The notes: generated by a model not told the origin, from the sequence alone. 64,000 nucleotides of DNA from Chloroflexota bacterium (GCA_027356795.1 DAHVXI010000045.1:4303-68302), one strand, 5' to 3'. Shown: positions 41,362 through 50,594, numbered from the stretch's first letter. Numbers and translations: made by a program.

Positions 41362-41973
41362 ATGCAGAGGACTCGACGGCAGATCCTGGACATCCTTAAG
41401 AAGCGGGGCCGCGCCACCCTGGAGGAGTTGGCCCGAGAGGTGGCTCTCTCCCCCGTCACCGTCCGGGTGCACCTCTCCGTGCTTCAGCGCGACGACCTTG
41501 TGAACGTGGAAGAGGTGCGTGGTAGGGTGGGCAGGCCCTATTTCGTCTACTCCCTCACCGAGGAGGCCGAGGATCTATTCCCCAAGCGGTACCACGTCCT
41601 GGCCAACCGGTTGATGGTGGGGATCGACGAGGTGCTGTCGCCCGAGCTGCGAGGCTCGCTGTTGGGCCACATCGCGGAGAAGTGGGCTGCCGAGCGGAGC
41701 CCCCGACTGGCCGGGAAGGGGCTGACCGAGAAGGTGGCGGAGATCGCCCAGATCCGCACCGAGGAGGGGGCCATCGCCGATTGGGAGAAGGTGGAGGGTG
41801 GCTACCTGCTGCGGCAGTACAACTGTCCCAACCTGCTGGTGTCCCGGGCTCACTCCCAGGTGTGCGCCATCGAGGAGGACTACCTCGGTAGGTTGGTTGG
41901 TGCTCCCCTGGTTAGGCAGGGCTGCATCGGCCAGGGCGACCGGGTCTGCTCTTTCCTGATCCCCGAGGCGTGA
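41362..41973 (+). CDS. SufR-like HTH transcriptional regulator with C-terminal Cys motif
   Basis: TRRQIL..LK...VRVHL..L...GRP...Y.LT...FP.RY; NCP...VC...C...C. Confidence 0.82.
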   Translation: MQRTRRQILDILKKRGRATLEELAREVALSPVTVRVHLSVLQRDDLVNVEEVRGRVGRPYFVYSLTEEAEDLFPKRYHVLANRLMVGIDEVLSPELRGSLLGHIAEKWAAERSPRLAGKGLTEKVAEIAQIRTEEGAIADWEKVEGGYLLRQYNCPNLLVSRAHSQVCAIEEDYLGRLVGAPLVRQGCIGQGDRVCSFLIPEA

Positions 41974-42182
41974 TCGGGCAGAAGGCGAACCCCTCCCGGT
42001 CGATTTGCAAGTCAGCGCTAGCTAAACTTTGCATTACGTCCGTGATTCTGCTATCATCGATGGTGGAGACGCACGACGCGCCTCCACCTGGCGCCTCCTC
42101 GATGGCCGCGCCGCCGCACCCTCTGTGGGTGGGCCGGACGGCTGGTGACAGGGGTGGTGACGACGAGGTTGGTGCTGCTATC

Positions 42183-42521
42183 ATGAAGAAGCTTAGCAAG
42201 AGCACCCTGCGATGGTACATTGGGACCAAGAGCTTGATGCCCATCGTGGAGATCCGCCGTCGTTTTGGCATCGACGGGGACGAGGTGACCGTCCTCGAGG
42301 ACGAGCGTGGCAGGCTGTACGTCGGTCTGCCCCAGCAGGCGGCGCAGGCTCTGGAGGAGCTGCGCCAGGCTGGTAAGATCGGCTACGAGGAATCGGTGGA
42401 TTTCCACGCCCGCGTGTTGATCGGCGCCTACGTCATCTTGCGAAGGAAGGGCGAGGAGCCCAGGCCGGAGCAAGAGGAAGAGGAGGCCACACCGGAGCCG
42501 GAACCTCTGCACGCGGCGTAG
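42183..42521 (+). CDS. Hypothetical protein (112 aa)
   Basis: Coding-like GC3; own promoter TTGCAT-N17-TATCAT at 42029-42057. Confidence 0.65.
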   Translation: MKKLSKSTLRWYIGTKSLMPIVEIRRRFGIDGDEVTVLEDERGRLYVGLPQQAAQALEELRQAGKIGYEESVDFHARVLIGAYVILRRKGEEPRPEQEEEEATPEPEPLHAA

Positions 42522-42539
42522 GGTAGCTGACTGCTCTTC

Positions 42540-43538
42540 TCAGCCCCCGATCTGTGACAGAGCCCGCAGGTTGCAGTTGGATTGTCCCACCACCAGGTGG
42601 TGCCGCTCGGGCTTCGTCAGGATGGCCCGCTGGAACAGTCGCACGATCTCCTCTGTGGAGGCCCCGTTGCGCAGAGGGGTTCGCAGGTCGATCTCCTGGT
42701 CGGCGAAGAGGCAGAGTCGCAGCCGGCCGTCGGCCGCCAGCCTCACCCGGTTGCAGCTCTCGCAGTAGTAGTGGCTCATGGGGCTGATGACCCCCACGGT
42801 TCCCCGGGCCCCTGGGACCCGGTAGTATCGGGCGGGACCGTTGCCGTCGGGTCCCGAGCAGCCCTCCAACTCCCCCAGCTCCCCGAGCCTCTCCATGATC
42901 TCGTCGGCGGAGACGAACCCCTCCTCCTCCACGTGCAGGTTGCCGTCCAGCGGCATCGCCTCGATGTACCGGATGTGCCAGGGGCGCCCCAGTGTCAGCA
43001 GGGCCAGATCCAGCAACTCGTCGTCGTTCACGCCTCGCAGCACCACGGCGTTGATCTTTATGGGGGCCAGCCCGGCCCGCTCGGCGGCCTCGATTCCGGC
43101 CATCACCTGGCCCAGGTCGCCACCTCGAGTGATGCGGGCGAACCGCTCCGGCCGGAGGGTGTCCAGGCTGACGTTGATTCGCTGGAGGCCGGCTCGGGCC
43201 AGGGGCTCGGCAAACTGGGGCATCAGGACGGCGTTGGTGGTCATGGAGATGTCTTCGATGCCGGGGACGGCCGACAGGCGGGCGATCAGTTGGACCAAGT
43301 CGCGGCGAACGAGGGGCTCGCCACCGGTGATCCGGATCTTGCGCATCCCCACCGTCGCCGTGGCCTGGACGATCCGCTCGATCTCCTCGAAGGTGAGGAC
43401 GTCCGGGTGAGGGATCCAGGGCACCCCCTCCGGGGGCATGCAGTAGACGCACCGCAGGTTGCACCGGTCGGTGACGGAGATCCGCATGTAGTTGATGGCG
43501 CGCCGGAAACCGTCCTGAAGGTGACGCTCGGGGGCCAT
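42540..43538 (-). CDS. moaA: GTP 3',8-cyclase
   Basis: RISVTDRCNLRCVYCMP, TGGEPL, C..CNRVRL..DG....CL, C-terminal IGG. Confidence 0.97.
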   Translation of the reverse strand: MAPERHLQDGFRRAINYMRISVTDRCNLRCVYCMPPEGVPWIPHPDVLTFEEIERIVQATATVGMRKIRITGGEPLVRRDLVQLIARLSAVPGIEDISMTTNAVLMPQFAEPLARAGLQRINVSLDTLRPERFARITRGGDLGQVMAGIEAAERAGLAPIKINAVVLRGVNDDELLDLALLTLGRPWHIRYIEAMPLDGNLHVEEEGFVSADEIMERLGELGELEGCSGPDGNGPARYYRVPGARGTVGVISPMSHYYCESCNRVRLAADGRLRLCLFADQEIDLRTPLRNGASTEEIVRLFQRAILTKPERHHLVVGQSNCNLRALSQIGG

Positions 43539-43550
43539 GGACCCTACTTT

Positions 43551-44054
43551 CTAGCGGGCCGAGGAGGCCCAGTCCCGAAGGGCGCTGACGGTGCTCGGGA
43601 AGGCCAGCTCCTCCCAGGGGATCTCGTCGGGGCGGAAGAAGCGTCCCTCTAACGCCTCCGAGGTCGCCCTCGGCTCCCCCTCGATCAGCTTTGCCAGGTA
43701 CACGATGGTGACGATGCCCACCGCGGGACGGCTGTACACCCCGAGAAGCCGGAGCCCATCGACCTCGATCTCCAGTTCCTCCCGGGCCTCCCGGCGGGCA
43801 CCCTCCTCGGCGGTCTCGTACATCTCCAGGAAGCCGCCCGGGTAGCTCCACATCCCGTAGCGCGGCTCGATGCCCCGCCGCAACAGCAGCACCTTGCTGT
43901 CCACCACGGGGAGTGTGCCCACCACCACCTTGGGGTTGATGTAGGTGATCTGGCCGCAGGTGGGGCAAACCAGGCGGCTTCGGTCATCCCCCGGCGGCAC
44001 CTGCTCCACCAGGGTTCCGCCGCAATCCATGCAGTAAGACACGACGTCTCCCAT
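43551..44054 (-). CDS. Zn-ribbon NUDIX hydrolase
   Basis: CxxCG...CxxCG; PGGF.E..ET...A.RE..EE Nudix box. Confidence 0.9.
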   Translation of the reverse strand: MGDVVSYCMDCGGTLVEQVPPGDDRSRLVCPTCGQITYINPKVVVGTLPVVDSKVLLLRRGIEPRYGMWSYPGGFLEMYETAEEGARREAREELEIEVDGLRLLGVYSRPAVGIVTIVYLAKLIEGEPRATSEALEGRFFRPDEIPWEELAFPSTVSALRDWASSAR

Positions 44055-44060
44055 GAGCTA

Positions 44061-44732
44061 TCAGTTTCCCAGGCCCAGCCACACCTCGCCGTCGGCGTAG
44101 ACCTCTTTCTTCCAGACCGGAACCGTCTCCTTCAGCCGATCGATGGCGTAGTGGCAGGCCTCGAAGGCCACCCCCCGGTGGGGCGCGGCCACGGCGATCA
44201 CCACGCTGGCCTCGCCGACCTCCATCCGGCCCACCCGATGGACGATGGCCACGTGGCGCAGCCCCCACCGCTGGGCGATCTCCTCGCCGATCTCCTGCAT
44301 CTTGCCGGCGGCCATCTCCCGATATGCCTCGTACTCCAGGTGGAGCACGGCCTTTCCCCGGTTCTCGTTGCGGACTATTCCGACGAAGGTCACCACCGCC
44401 CCGTCCTCATCCTCCCGGACCCCTTCGACCACCCGATTCACGTCGATCGGCTGCTCGGTGACCTCGAAGGCCGAGCCCCCGCTGACGGGCGGGATGAACA
44501 CCACCTCGTCCCCCTCCTTCAAGGAGGTGTTGGGATCGACGTACTGGCCGTTGATGGCAAAGCGGGTGTGGGGCAGGTTGGGCGCCAGTTGCGGGTGGCT
44601 CTCGGCGAAGGAACGCCAGACGTCCAGCGCCGTGGAGCCCGGGGGCAGATCGGCCTGGGTTTCCCGCAGGCCGACCAGCTCCCTATAGAGGGCGAAGAAC
44701 TTGACCTTGACTTTCAAGGAGGCAATATCCAA
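44061..44732 (-). CDS. Fused molybdopterin synthase MoaD-MoaE (MoaX-like)
   Basis: VKFFA...PPVSGG followed by GAVVTFVG.VR, LEYEAY, HRVG, VPVWKKE. Confidence 0.92.
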   Translation of the reverse strand: MDIASLKVKVKFFALYRELVGLRETQADLPPGSTALDVWRSFAESHPQLAPNLPHTRFAINGQYVDPNTSLKEGDEVVFIPPVSGGSAFEVTEQPIDVNRVVEGVREDEDGAVVTFVGIVRNENRGKAVLHLEYEAYREMAAGKMQEIGEEIAQRWGLRHVAIVHRVGRMEVGEASVVIAVAAPHRGVAFEACHYAIDRLKETVPVWKKEVYADGEVWLGLGN

Positions 44733-44945
44733 TCGAGGTATTACCCTTCAATCAGCGGCTTCTCGTGCTTCAGCAACTACTTCCGGTGAGCGCCGACCTG
44801 CCTGCCGAATACGCCAGGCAGGTCCATTGTACCCAGTTGGCTTCCCTTTGAAAAGGCTACACTTTGCAAAAGGGGGATTGATGCGGGGAATGGAGCGGAT
44901 CTGGACAGGCTGAGCGCAAACGACGCGCCTTCCCACGAGCACAAT

Positions 44946-45908
44946 CTACGCGGGGTAGCTGCCCTCCAGGGCGGCGTCGATGTGGGCCACCAGGGCGGGG
45001 CCGGCGTGGAGCGGCATCCCGGTCTGGCGCACCAACAGCTGCGGGATGGAATAGATCAGCTCCGACAGGGCGGCGAAGGCCAGGTCTCGTTTGCTGGCTC
45101 CGGGCTTGTGGCGGATCGCCTCGGTGACGGCCCGGTGGATGCTGTCCGCCACCCGGACGGACTCCTGCAGGAACATGGCGACCCCATTGCCGGTGCGGGT
45201 AGGGGAGTTGACCAGGGTTCCGCCGATGTAGGCGTGTCCGGCGCAGAGGGTGCGGATGTCCAGCTTGGCCAGGGCCATCAGCGACCGCCGGTAATCCCGG
45301 GCGTTGAAGTAGTAGGGATAGCTGCCTGGCCGGGCTCCCTGCCCCTGGATGGCGTCTCCGGAGATCAGCACCCCCTCGGGTTCCCAGTAATAGCATACGT
45401 GGCCGGGGCTGTGGCCGGGGCTGTGGACGACCCGCAGCTGCACTCCGGCCCCCAGATCCACTATCTCCCCATCCGTCAGCACCACGTCGGCGCCGGCCGC
45501 CGGACCCGAGTTCCTGATGACGTAGTCCGCTCGCTCCTGGATGGTCTCGGCGGGGAACTCCAGCACCCGCAGCGGGGCTATGTGGAACTCCACCTGGGTC
45601 TCGGTGGACTGGGCCATCATCAGGTCCGAGGCATGGACGTGGATGGGGGCGCCGGAGGCGCGCTTGGTCTCCAGGTTGCCGCCCGAGTGGTCCAGGTGGG
45701 CGTGGGTGTTGAGGATCAGGTCGACGTCGGAGAGGCCCATGCCGAACTCCGCCAGGGCCGGCTCGAGAACCTCGCGGGGGGAGTCGACGGCACCGGTGTC
45801 CACCAGTGCGACCCGGTCCCCCTTCACCAGATAGAGGAATACCGTTCCCGTCTTGTCGAAGGGGGTGGCGATCCTGTAGAGGGCAGAGTTGATCCGCTCG
45901 ATTCTCAC
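44946..45908 (-). CDS. Metallo-beta-lactamase-fold hydrolase
   Basis: LVDTG, THAHLDHSGG, PGHSPGH, SGD, GH; GTG start with GGAGG SD. Confidence 0.9.
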   Translation of the reverse strand: MRIERINSALYRIATPFDKTGTVFLYLVKGDRVALVDTGAVDSPREVLEPALAEFGMGLSDVDLILNTHAHLDHSGGNLETKRASGAPIHVHASDLMMAQSTETQVEFHIAPLRVLEFPAETIQERADYVIRNSGPAAGADVVLTDGEIVDLGAGVQLRVVHSPGHSPGHVCYYWEPEGVLISGDAIQGQGARPGSYPYYFNARDYRRSLMALAKLDIRTLCAGHAYIGGTLVNSPTRTGNGVAMFLQESVRVADSIHRAVTEAIRHKPGASKRDLAFAALSELIYSIPQLLVRQTGMPLHAGPALVAHIDAALEGSYPA

Positions 45909-46108
45909 AGCCGTGGCCTCCGTTCCCGGTCCGTCGTCCTCGATCTCCAGCCGGAAGCAGTCTCGGAGTCCATTGTACAAAGTTGCAATCCCCCTGTGAA
46001 GGCAAAACGCCGGTTTTCGCTTCGTATTGGTCTGATATGCCCACATTTGTGCAGGTTGCCGTTATGCGGAGCCCTCCGTCGGGGATCCAGTCGCCACGGG
46101 GACGAGGG

Positions 46109-46232
46109 GAATCCGGACAGGACTCGGACGGAATCCGGACGGCGGTTGGGGGAGGGGGATCGGACGGCATGCGGACGGAATCCGGACACCAGGGCCGCCG
46201 CGATGGGGACAGAATCCGGACAGGATCCGGAC
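46109..46232. repeat. 3x3 array of 11-bp-period direct repeats (consensus GAATCCGGAC)
   Basis: Cores (CGGAC; GGGAC at 46210) end at 46118/46129/46140, 46165/46176/46187 and 46210/46221/46232. Confidence 0.8.
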
Positions 46233-46273
46233 GGAGGCGATAGAGCGGCCCGCCAGGGCTGGCAGATCCGCCC

Positions 46274-47725
46274 CTACTTCGGCGGCTCGAAGTCCCGCAG
46301 GATGTAGCATCGGCTCTTGGTGCTGCCCAGGCTGATCAGGTGGCCCGTCTCCACCAGCTGCGTCAGGTCGCGGCGGGCGGTGCGCACATCGATGCCGGGG
46401 TTCAGCTCCGCGTACTGCTGGGCCGTGATCTCCCCGGTCATTTTCATGTACTCCAGCGCCTTCTTCTGCCGCTCGTTGAGGCGGGTAGGCGGCTGCAGCG
46501 GGGCCTGGGGTTGGGGCGGGACACCCCGCTGCCTGGGCTGCTCGGGAGCCGCTGCCCGTCCGGAGGCGCCGTTCCGCAGGGTGACCACCACGGAGTAACC
46601 CTGCTCACGGAACTGGGGCTCTTCCAGGCCGTAGGAGGACATCTCGTCGATCATCCGGTCGACCCCCTCGCCCAACTCCCGCACGAAGCCGAACTCGGTC
46701 AGCACACGGGCGATGCGTGGGTTGCGGGAGTAGTGGGACTGGCGGAGGTTCGCCAGCCTCACCAGGCCGGGGAGCCGGCCGGGGCTCTCCACCTCCATCC
46801 GGTCGTCGAAGAGCCGCACCTCGATCTGGCTGCCGGAGATGGAGTAGGCACGATGGCAGACGGCGTTCACGATCGCCTCCTGCCAGGCGAAGGGGGGATA
46901 CTCGGGCACCGTCTCGAACAGCCCCTTGGGACCGAGGCGGGTGAAGTCCCGCAGCTGCGCCGAGATGCTCCGCTGGGCCTCCACGATCAGGGTGGGCAGC
47001 GGCAGCTCCAGGATGACGTCCTTCACCAGGTTCATCCGGGGACCGGTCTCGGTGGAGGTACCCTCGTAGCGCAGGATCCGCAGGCCCGGCCTCGGGAGGA
47101 AGGTGGAGGGGTCCTCGGCGAAGAGCAGGATTCCGGCGCAGTTCACCCTGAGCTCTCCATCCTGCCGCCTCGCCAGCCCTCGAGCCAGCAGCAGCTCTGC
47201 CGGCTCCAGGCTGGTCTCCAACCGACCGGCGTACTCCCTCAGCAGACCCGGCTCCAGATCCTCCAGGGTCGCCTGCCCTACCTCCGTCAGCTCGTAGGAA
47301 GCCTCGCCCCGGTCGTAGACCAGCTGTAGCCGCTCCTCGAAGTCCAGCTTCCGGGTGCGGTCGCCCTCCCGCAGGTACACCTCGTCCTTGCTGTTGGAGT
47401 GGATCTTCTCGCCGGGCTGGATCTCCACCGCCAGGACCCTGTCCTCCAGCCCTCGGCGGTTGGTGCAGGGGAGCCAGAAGGGCTGCACCCGCACCGGCGG
47501 CCGGCAGAAGGCCAGGGCCGCGGGGAGAAGGGAATCCACCTTGCCCTCGTACTGGAGGAAGCCCTCCACTGCCCCCTCCTCCACCCCCAGCAGCAGGGTG
47601 CCCCCGTCGGCGTTGGCGAAGCCAATCAGCAGGTTGGCCAGGTCGCGAGGACTGAGACGGGCGCTCTTGCGGGCCAGCAGCTGGCCCTCTGGTAGCTTCA
47701 GCAGCTCCTGGAGATCTCTGCGCAT
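46274..47725 (-). CDS. Schlafen/AlbA_2 + HATPase_c_4 + HTH protein
   Basis: E.....RKS...FANADGG.LLLGV; EYP..A..EAIVNAVCHR.Y, SPG.L, RNP.IA, ELGEG; C-terminal wHTH (TARRDL..LV). Confidence 0.88.
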   Translation of the reverse strand: MRRDLQELLKLPEGQLLARKSARLSPRDLANLLIGFANADGGTLLLGVEEGAVEGFLQYEGKVDSLLPAALAFCRPPVRVQPFWLPCTNRRGLEDRVLAVEIQPGEKIHSNSKDEVYLREGDRTRKLDFEERLQLVYDRGEASYELTEVGQATLEDLEPGLLREYAGRLETSLEPAELLLARGLARRQDGELRVNCAGILLFAEDPSTFLPRPGLRILRYEGTSTETGPRMNLVKDVILELPLPTLIVEAQRSISAQLRDFTRLGPKGLFETVPEYPPFAWQEAIVNAVCHRAYSISGSQIEVRLFDDRMEVESPGRLPGLVRLANLRQSHYSRNPRIARVLTEFGFVRELGEGVDRMIDEMSSYGLEEPQFREQGYSVVVTLRNGASGRAAAPEQPRQRGVPPQPQAPLQPPTRLNERQKKALEYMKMTGEITAQQYAELNPGIDVRTARRDLTQLVETGHLISLGSTKSRCYILRDFEPPK

Positions 47726-48004
47726 CGTCCTTCTCGGTTGGAGGGGATGGGGGTTAGTGAGCCCGGCGCGGGTAGCCCACGGATTGTAGCACCCACCGTG
47801 CAAGTTGAGTAGGGCGGGGTCTCGTGCCGGCCCCGACCGCACAACCGCCGGCCCTATCGTAGGGACTGGCGGCGAGGTATACTAGTGCCCAGGCAGTTGA
47901 GAAGGTGATCCGGCGAGCCAGACCTCGCTCTTCGAGACATCCTTCTTTCGATCTTGCTCTCCAGCTTCTTTGAGGGCGAAGACGCCCTGGTGGGAGGTTT
48001 GCTT

Positions 48005-49039
48005 GTGAGAATCGGACTTCTAACCGGCGGGGGTGACGCACCCGGACTGAACGCGGCGATCCGAGCTGTGGTGAGGCGCGCCCTCAGCCTCGACTTCGAC
48101 GTCCTTGGCGTCCGGAACGGGTGGGCGGGACTGCTGGGCGGCGGCAACTTTCAAAGACTGGACTGGCGGTCGGTGTCTGGCATACTGCATCAGGGTGGCA
48201 CCATCCTGGGGACCTCCCGCACCAACCCGGTGAAGCGACCGGAGGAGCTGGAGCAGGTTCAGGCCAACGTGAAGGCCTTCGGCATAGACGGCCTGGTGGT
48301 GATCGGCGGGCGGGATAGCCTCTGGGTGGGTGCCGAGCTGCACGATCGGTGGGGAAAGGTCGTTGGGGTGCCCAAGACCCTGGACAACACCCTGGTGGGC
48401 ACCGACCAGTGCATAGGCCACAGCTCGGCCGTCGCCCTGGTGGCGGAGGCGCTGGATCGGCTGCACACCACGGCCAGCGCCCATCACCGGGTGATGGTGG
48501 TGGAGGTTATGGGCGGCGACGCCGGTTGGGTGGCCATCGACGGCGGTCTGGCCGGGGGCGCGGATCTCATCGTGGTCCCGGAGGTCCCCACCGACCTGGA
48601 GTCCATCTGCAATCACGTCCTCGCCCGGCGCGCCCAGGGCAGGGAGTTCAGCATCATCGTGGTGGCGGAATCGGCCAGTATCAGCGATTTCTCCGACGAG
48701 GCGATCGACCTGGGCAAACCCGACCCCTTCGGCCGGTACAAGCTGGATCGCCGGAACATGGGCGAGCGGCTGGCGGCGGAGATCGAGCACCGGACCGGCC
48801 TGGAGACCCGCTTCATCGTCCTGGGCTATTTGCAGAGGGGTGGCTCGCCGACGGCGGAGGACCGGCTGCTGGCGACCCGGCTGGGGGTGGCCGCGGTAGA
48901 CTACGTGGCCGAGGGCCGCTTCGGCTACGTGCCCTGCCTCAACTGTGGCTCTGTGGTGCCGGTGCCCATACGGGAGGTGGTGTCCCAGACTCGGCCCGCC
49001 GACATGGAGCTGTACGAGCTGGCGAGACTGTTCTTCTAG
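48005..49039 (+). CDS. 6-phosphofructokinase family protein with divergent active site
   Basis: TGGGDAPGLN, GGTILGTSR, PKTLDN, VEVMG, LGYLQRGG; GTG start with GGAGG SD. Confidence 0.88.
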   Translation: MRIGLLTGGGDAPGLNAAIRAVVRRALSLDFDVLGVRNGWAGLLGGGNFQRLDWRSVSGILHQGGTILGTSRTNPVKRPEELEQVQANVKAFGIDGLVVIGGRDSLWVGAELHDRWGKVVGVPKTLDNTLVGTDQCIGHSSAVALVAEALDRLHTTASAHHRVMVVEVMGGDAGWVAIDGGLAGGADLIVVPEVPTDLESICNHVLARRAQGREFSIIVVAESASISDFSDEAIDLGKPDPFGRYKLDRRNMGERLAAEIEHRTGLETRFIVLGYLQRGGSPTAEDRLLATRLGVAAVDYVAEGRFGYVPCLNCGSVVPVPIREVVSQTRPADMELYELARLFF

Positions 49040-49115
49040 CGGCCCATGCCGCAGGAATCGTGGAGGGACGGGTCTAAGGACCCGTCCCCACCTGTGTCTG
49101 CCGCTCTCGTTCCGC

Positions 49116-49424
49116 TCAACATCTCCTGGCCACGAAGGCCTCGAGACCGCCGTCGCGGATCTCTCGGAGGTTCTCCATCCGCCGGGACCGGAAGATCGTC
49201 GCGAAGAGCCTGCTGACGAAGTTGTTCAACTTCTCGCAGGATTCCATCTCCTGGCACTCGGCGCAGGTGGTGAAGCCCCGCTCCAGGGTGCAGAGGCGCA
49301 CCCGGCACCCGGCGAAGCCGCCCCCTGCCCTGCAGCCCTCGCATCTCCCCTCCCTTGAGGCCCCACAGGCAGCGCAGTAGAGTCCACAGTAGGCCACGTC
49401 CAGCGTCGGGCCGCTGCTTCCCAT
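49116..49424 (-). CDS. DUF3795-like Cys-rich small protein
   Basis: AYCGLYC..C...C.GC...C.V..C......C..C....C; GGAGGG SD. Confidence 0.8.
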   Translation of the reverse strand: MGSSGPTLDVAYCGLYCAACGASREGRCEGCRAGGGFAGCRVRLCTLERGFTTCAECQEMESCEKLNNFVSRLFATIFRSRRMENLREIRDGGLEAFVARRC

Positions 49425-49608
49425 CGCCGTCTCCCCTCCTCCTGGCCAGGGTCAGGATCTACGTGCGGCCGGGGCACACCCGGCCGTGCCGGGACTATCC
49501 GCCACAACTCGGCGGTCGCAGCCTCGCCATTCATGAGAACCATACTGGGGAGCACGACACCAGTGTAGCGATAGTTGGGTCGCTTGCCAATCCTCGATCG
49601 GTGGCCGG

Positions 49609-49646
49609 AATCGAAAGGGGGCGGCTGAGGCCGTCCCCTTTCGATT
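49609..49646. terminator. Intrinsic terminator-like hairpin downstream of the CxxC-x17-CxxC gene
   Basis: AATCGAAAGGGGGCGGC-TGAG-GCCGTCCCCTTTCGATT. Confidence 0.7.
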
Positions 49647-49664
49647 GTCGTGTCTTGTGAGAGG

Positions 49665-50015
49665 CTACCAGCGGCCTCGGCCGCCCCCGCTGCTCGGTCG
49701 CCGGTCGTACCCGCCCCCCCTACTGGGACGCTGGGAGGAATAGCAGTCGGAGCAGTAGACAGGCTTGTCGAGGCGGGGCTGGAAGGGGACCTGGGTCTCC
49801 TTCCCGCACTGGGCGCACACCGCGGGGTACATCTCGCGATCCCGATGGCCGCCGAAGGAGCCGCCATCGCCGCGGGTGGCCTTGCGGGTCGCGCGGCACT
49901 CGGGACAGCGGCCGGGGTCGTTGGTGAAACCCTTCTGAGCGAAGAATTGCTGCTCGCTTACAGTGAAGAGGAACTCGCGGCCACAATCGCGGCAGGTGAG
50001 GGTCTTGTCTTGCAT
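49665..50015 (-). CDS. Zinc-ribbon / CxxC-x17-CxxC protein with Gly/Arg-rich tail
   Basis: DKTLTCRDCG..F.F...EQ.FF...P.RC..CR; REMYPAVCAQCG....VPF.P...KPVYCSDC; AGGAG SD. Confidence 0.9.
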   Translation of the reverse strand: MQDKTLTCRDCGREFLFTVSEQQFFAQKGFTNDPGRCPECRATRKATRGDGGSFGGHRDREMYPAVCAQCGKETQVPFQPRLDKPVYCSDCYSSQRPSRGGGYDRRPSSGGGRGRW

Positions 50016-50265
50016 GGCGGTCACGCTGACTCCTAACACTGAATTACTTGGAACGATCCGTCAGCGCATTGACGATCAGGGGCGTGGGCCCGAATAACCC
50101 ATCACCAGCCCGGCCGCTTTGACGATCTGCGGAAACGACCAGCTCTATGACTATACTCTAGTTAGCTAGAGCATGCAATAGCGAAACTGAAGTTGGTGTG
50201 GTGCTGTTCGTGGGAGACAGTCGGCGGGCTGCACGGCTCGCTACCCTCGGCCCCTCTCTCGTGCC

Positions 50266-50523
50266 TCATCGGTTCTGCCAGGCGGGCATCTTGGCCATGC
50301 AATCCCTGGCGGCCAACTCCGCCTGCTGCGGCGCCATCCCCTGCGTCTTCTGGAAGAAGGCGCTCATCCCAATCAGTGCCTCCTCGTAGGATCGCATCGA
50401 GCCGCCCTCGCGACTGCAGTGGACGCAGTAGTCTTTGCTGGTGTCTCCCTTCCAGAAGTCCTCAGTGCCCCTCAGGGGCATCCCACACGAGATGCAGAAA
50501 CGCTCCTTCCCAGTGTCAGCCAT
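50266..50523 (-). CDS. Putative zinc-ribbon protein (Zn_ribbon_2-like)
   Basis: FCISCGMPL...DYCVHC...MPAW. Confidence 0.75.
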   Translation of the reverse strand: MADTGKERFCISCGMPLRGTEDFWKGDTSKDYCVHCSREGGSMRSYEEALIGMSAFFQKTQGMAPQQAELAARDCMAKMPAWQNR

Positions 50524-50594
50524 TTTCCCATTCTCCTTCCTGTACGACTTGGTGTCAGGGTTGCCCAGTTGGACGAGCAATAGTATTAATGAAG

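Noticed and set aside
44733..44945. Possible Moco/Wco riboswitch upstream of moaD-E
   Set aside because: No recognisable Moco motif elements; the hairpin GACCTGCCTG...CAGGCAGGTC (44795-44824) looks like a REP-type palindrome.
46109..46232. CRISPR interpretation of the repeat array
   Set aside because: Units are 10-11 bp with no unique ~30-nt spacers, and there are no cas genes in the window.
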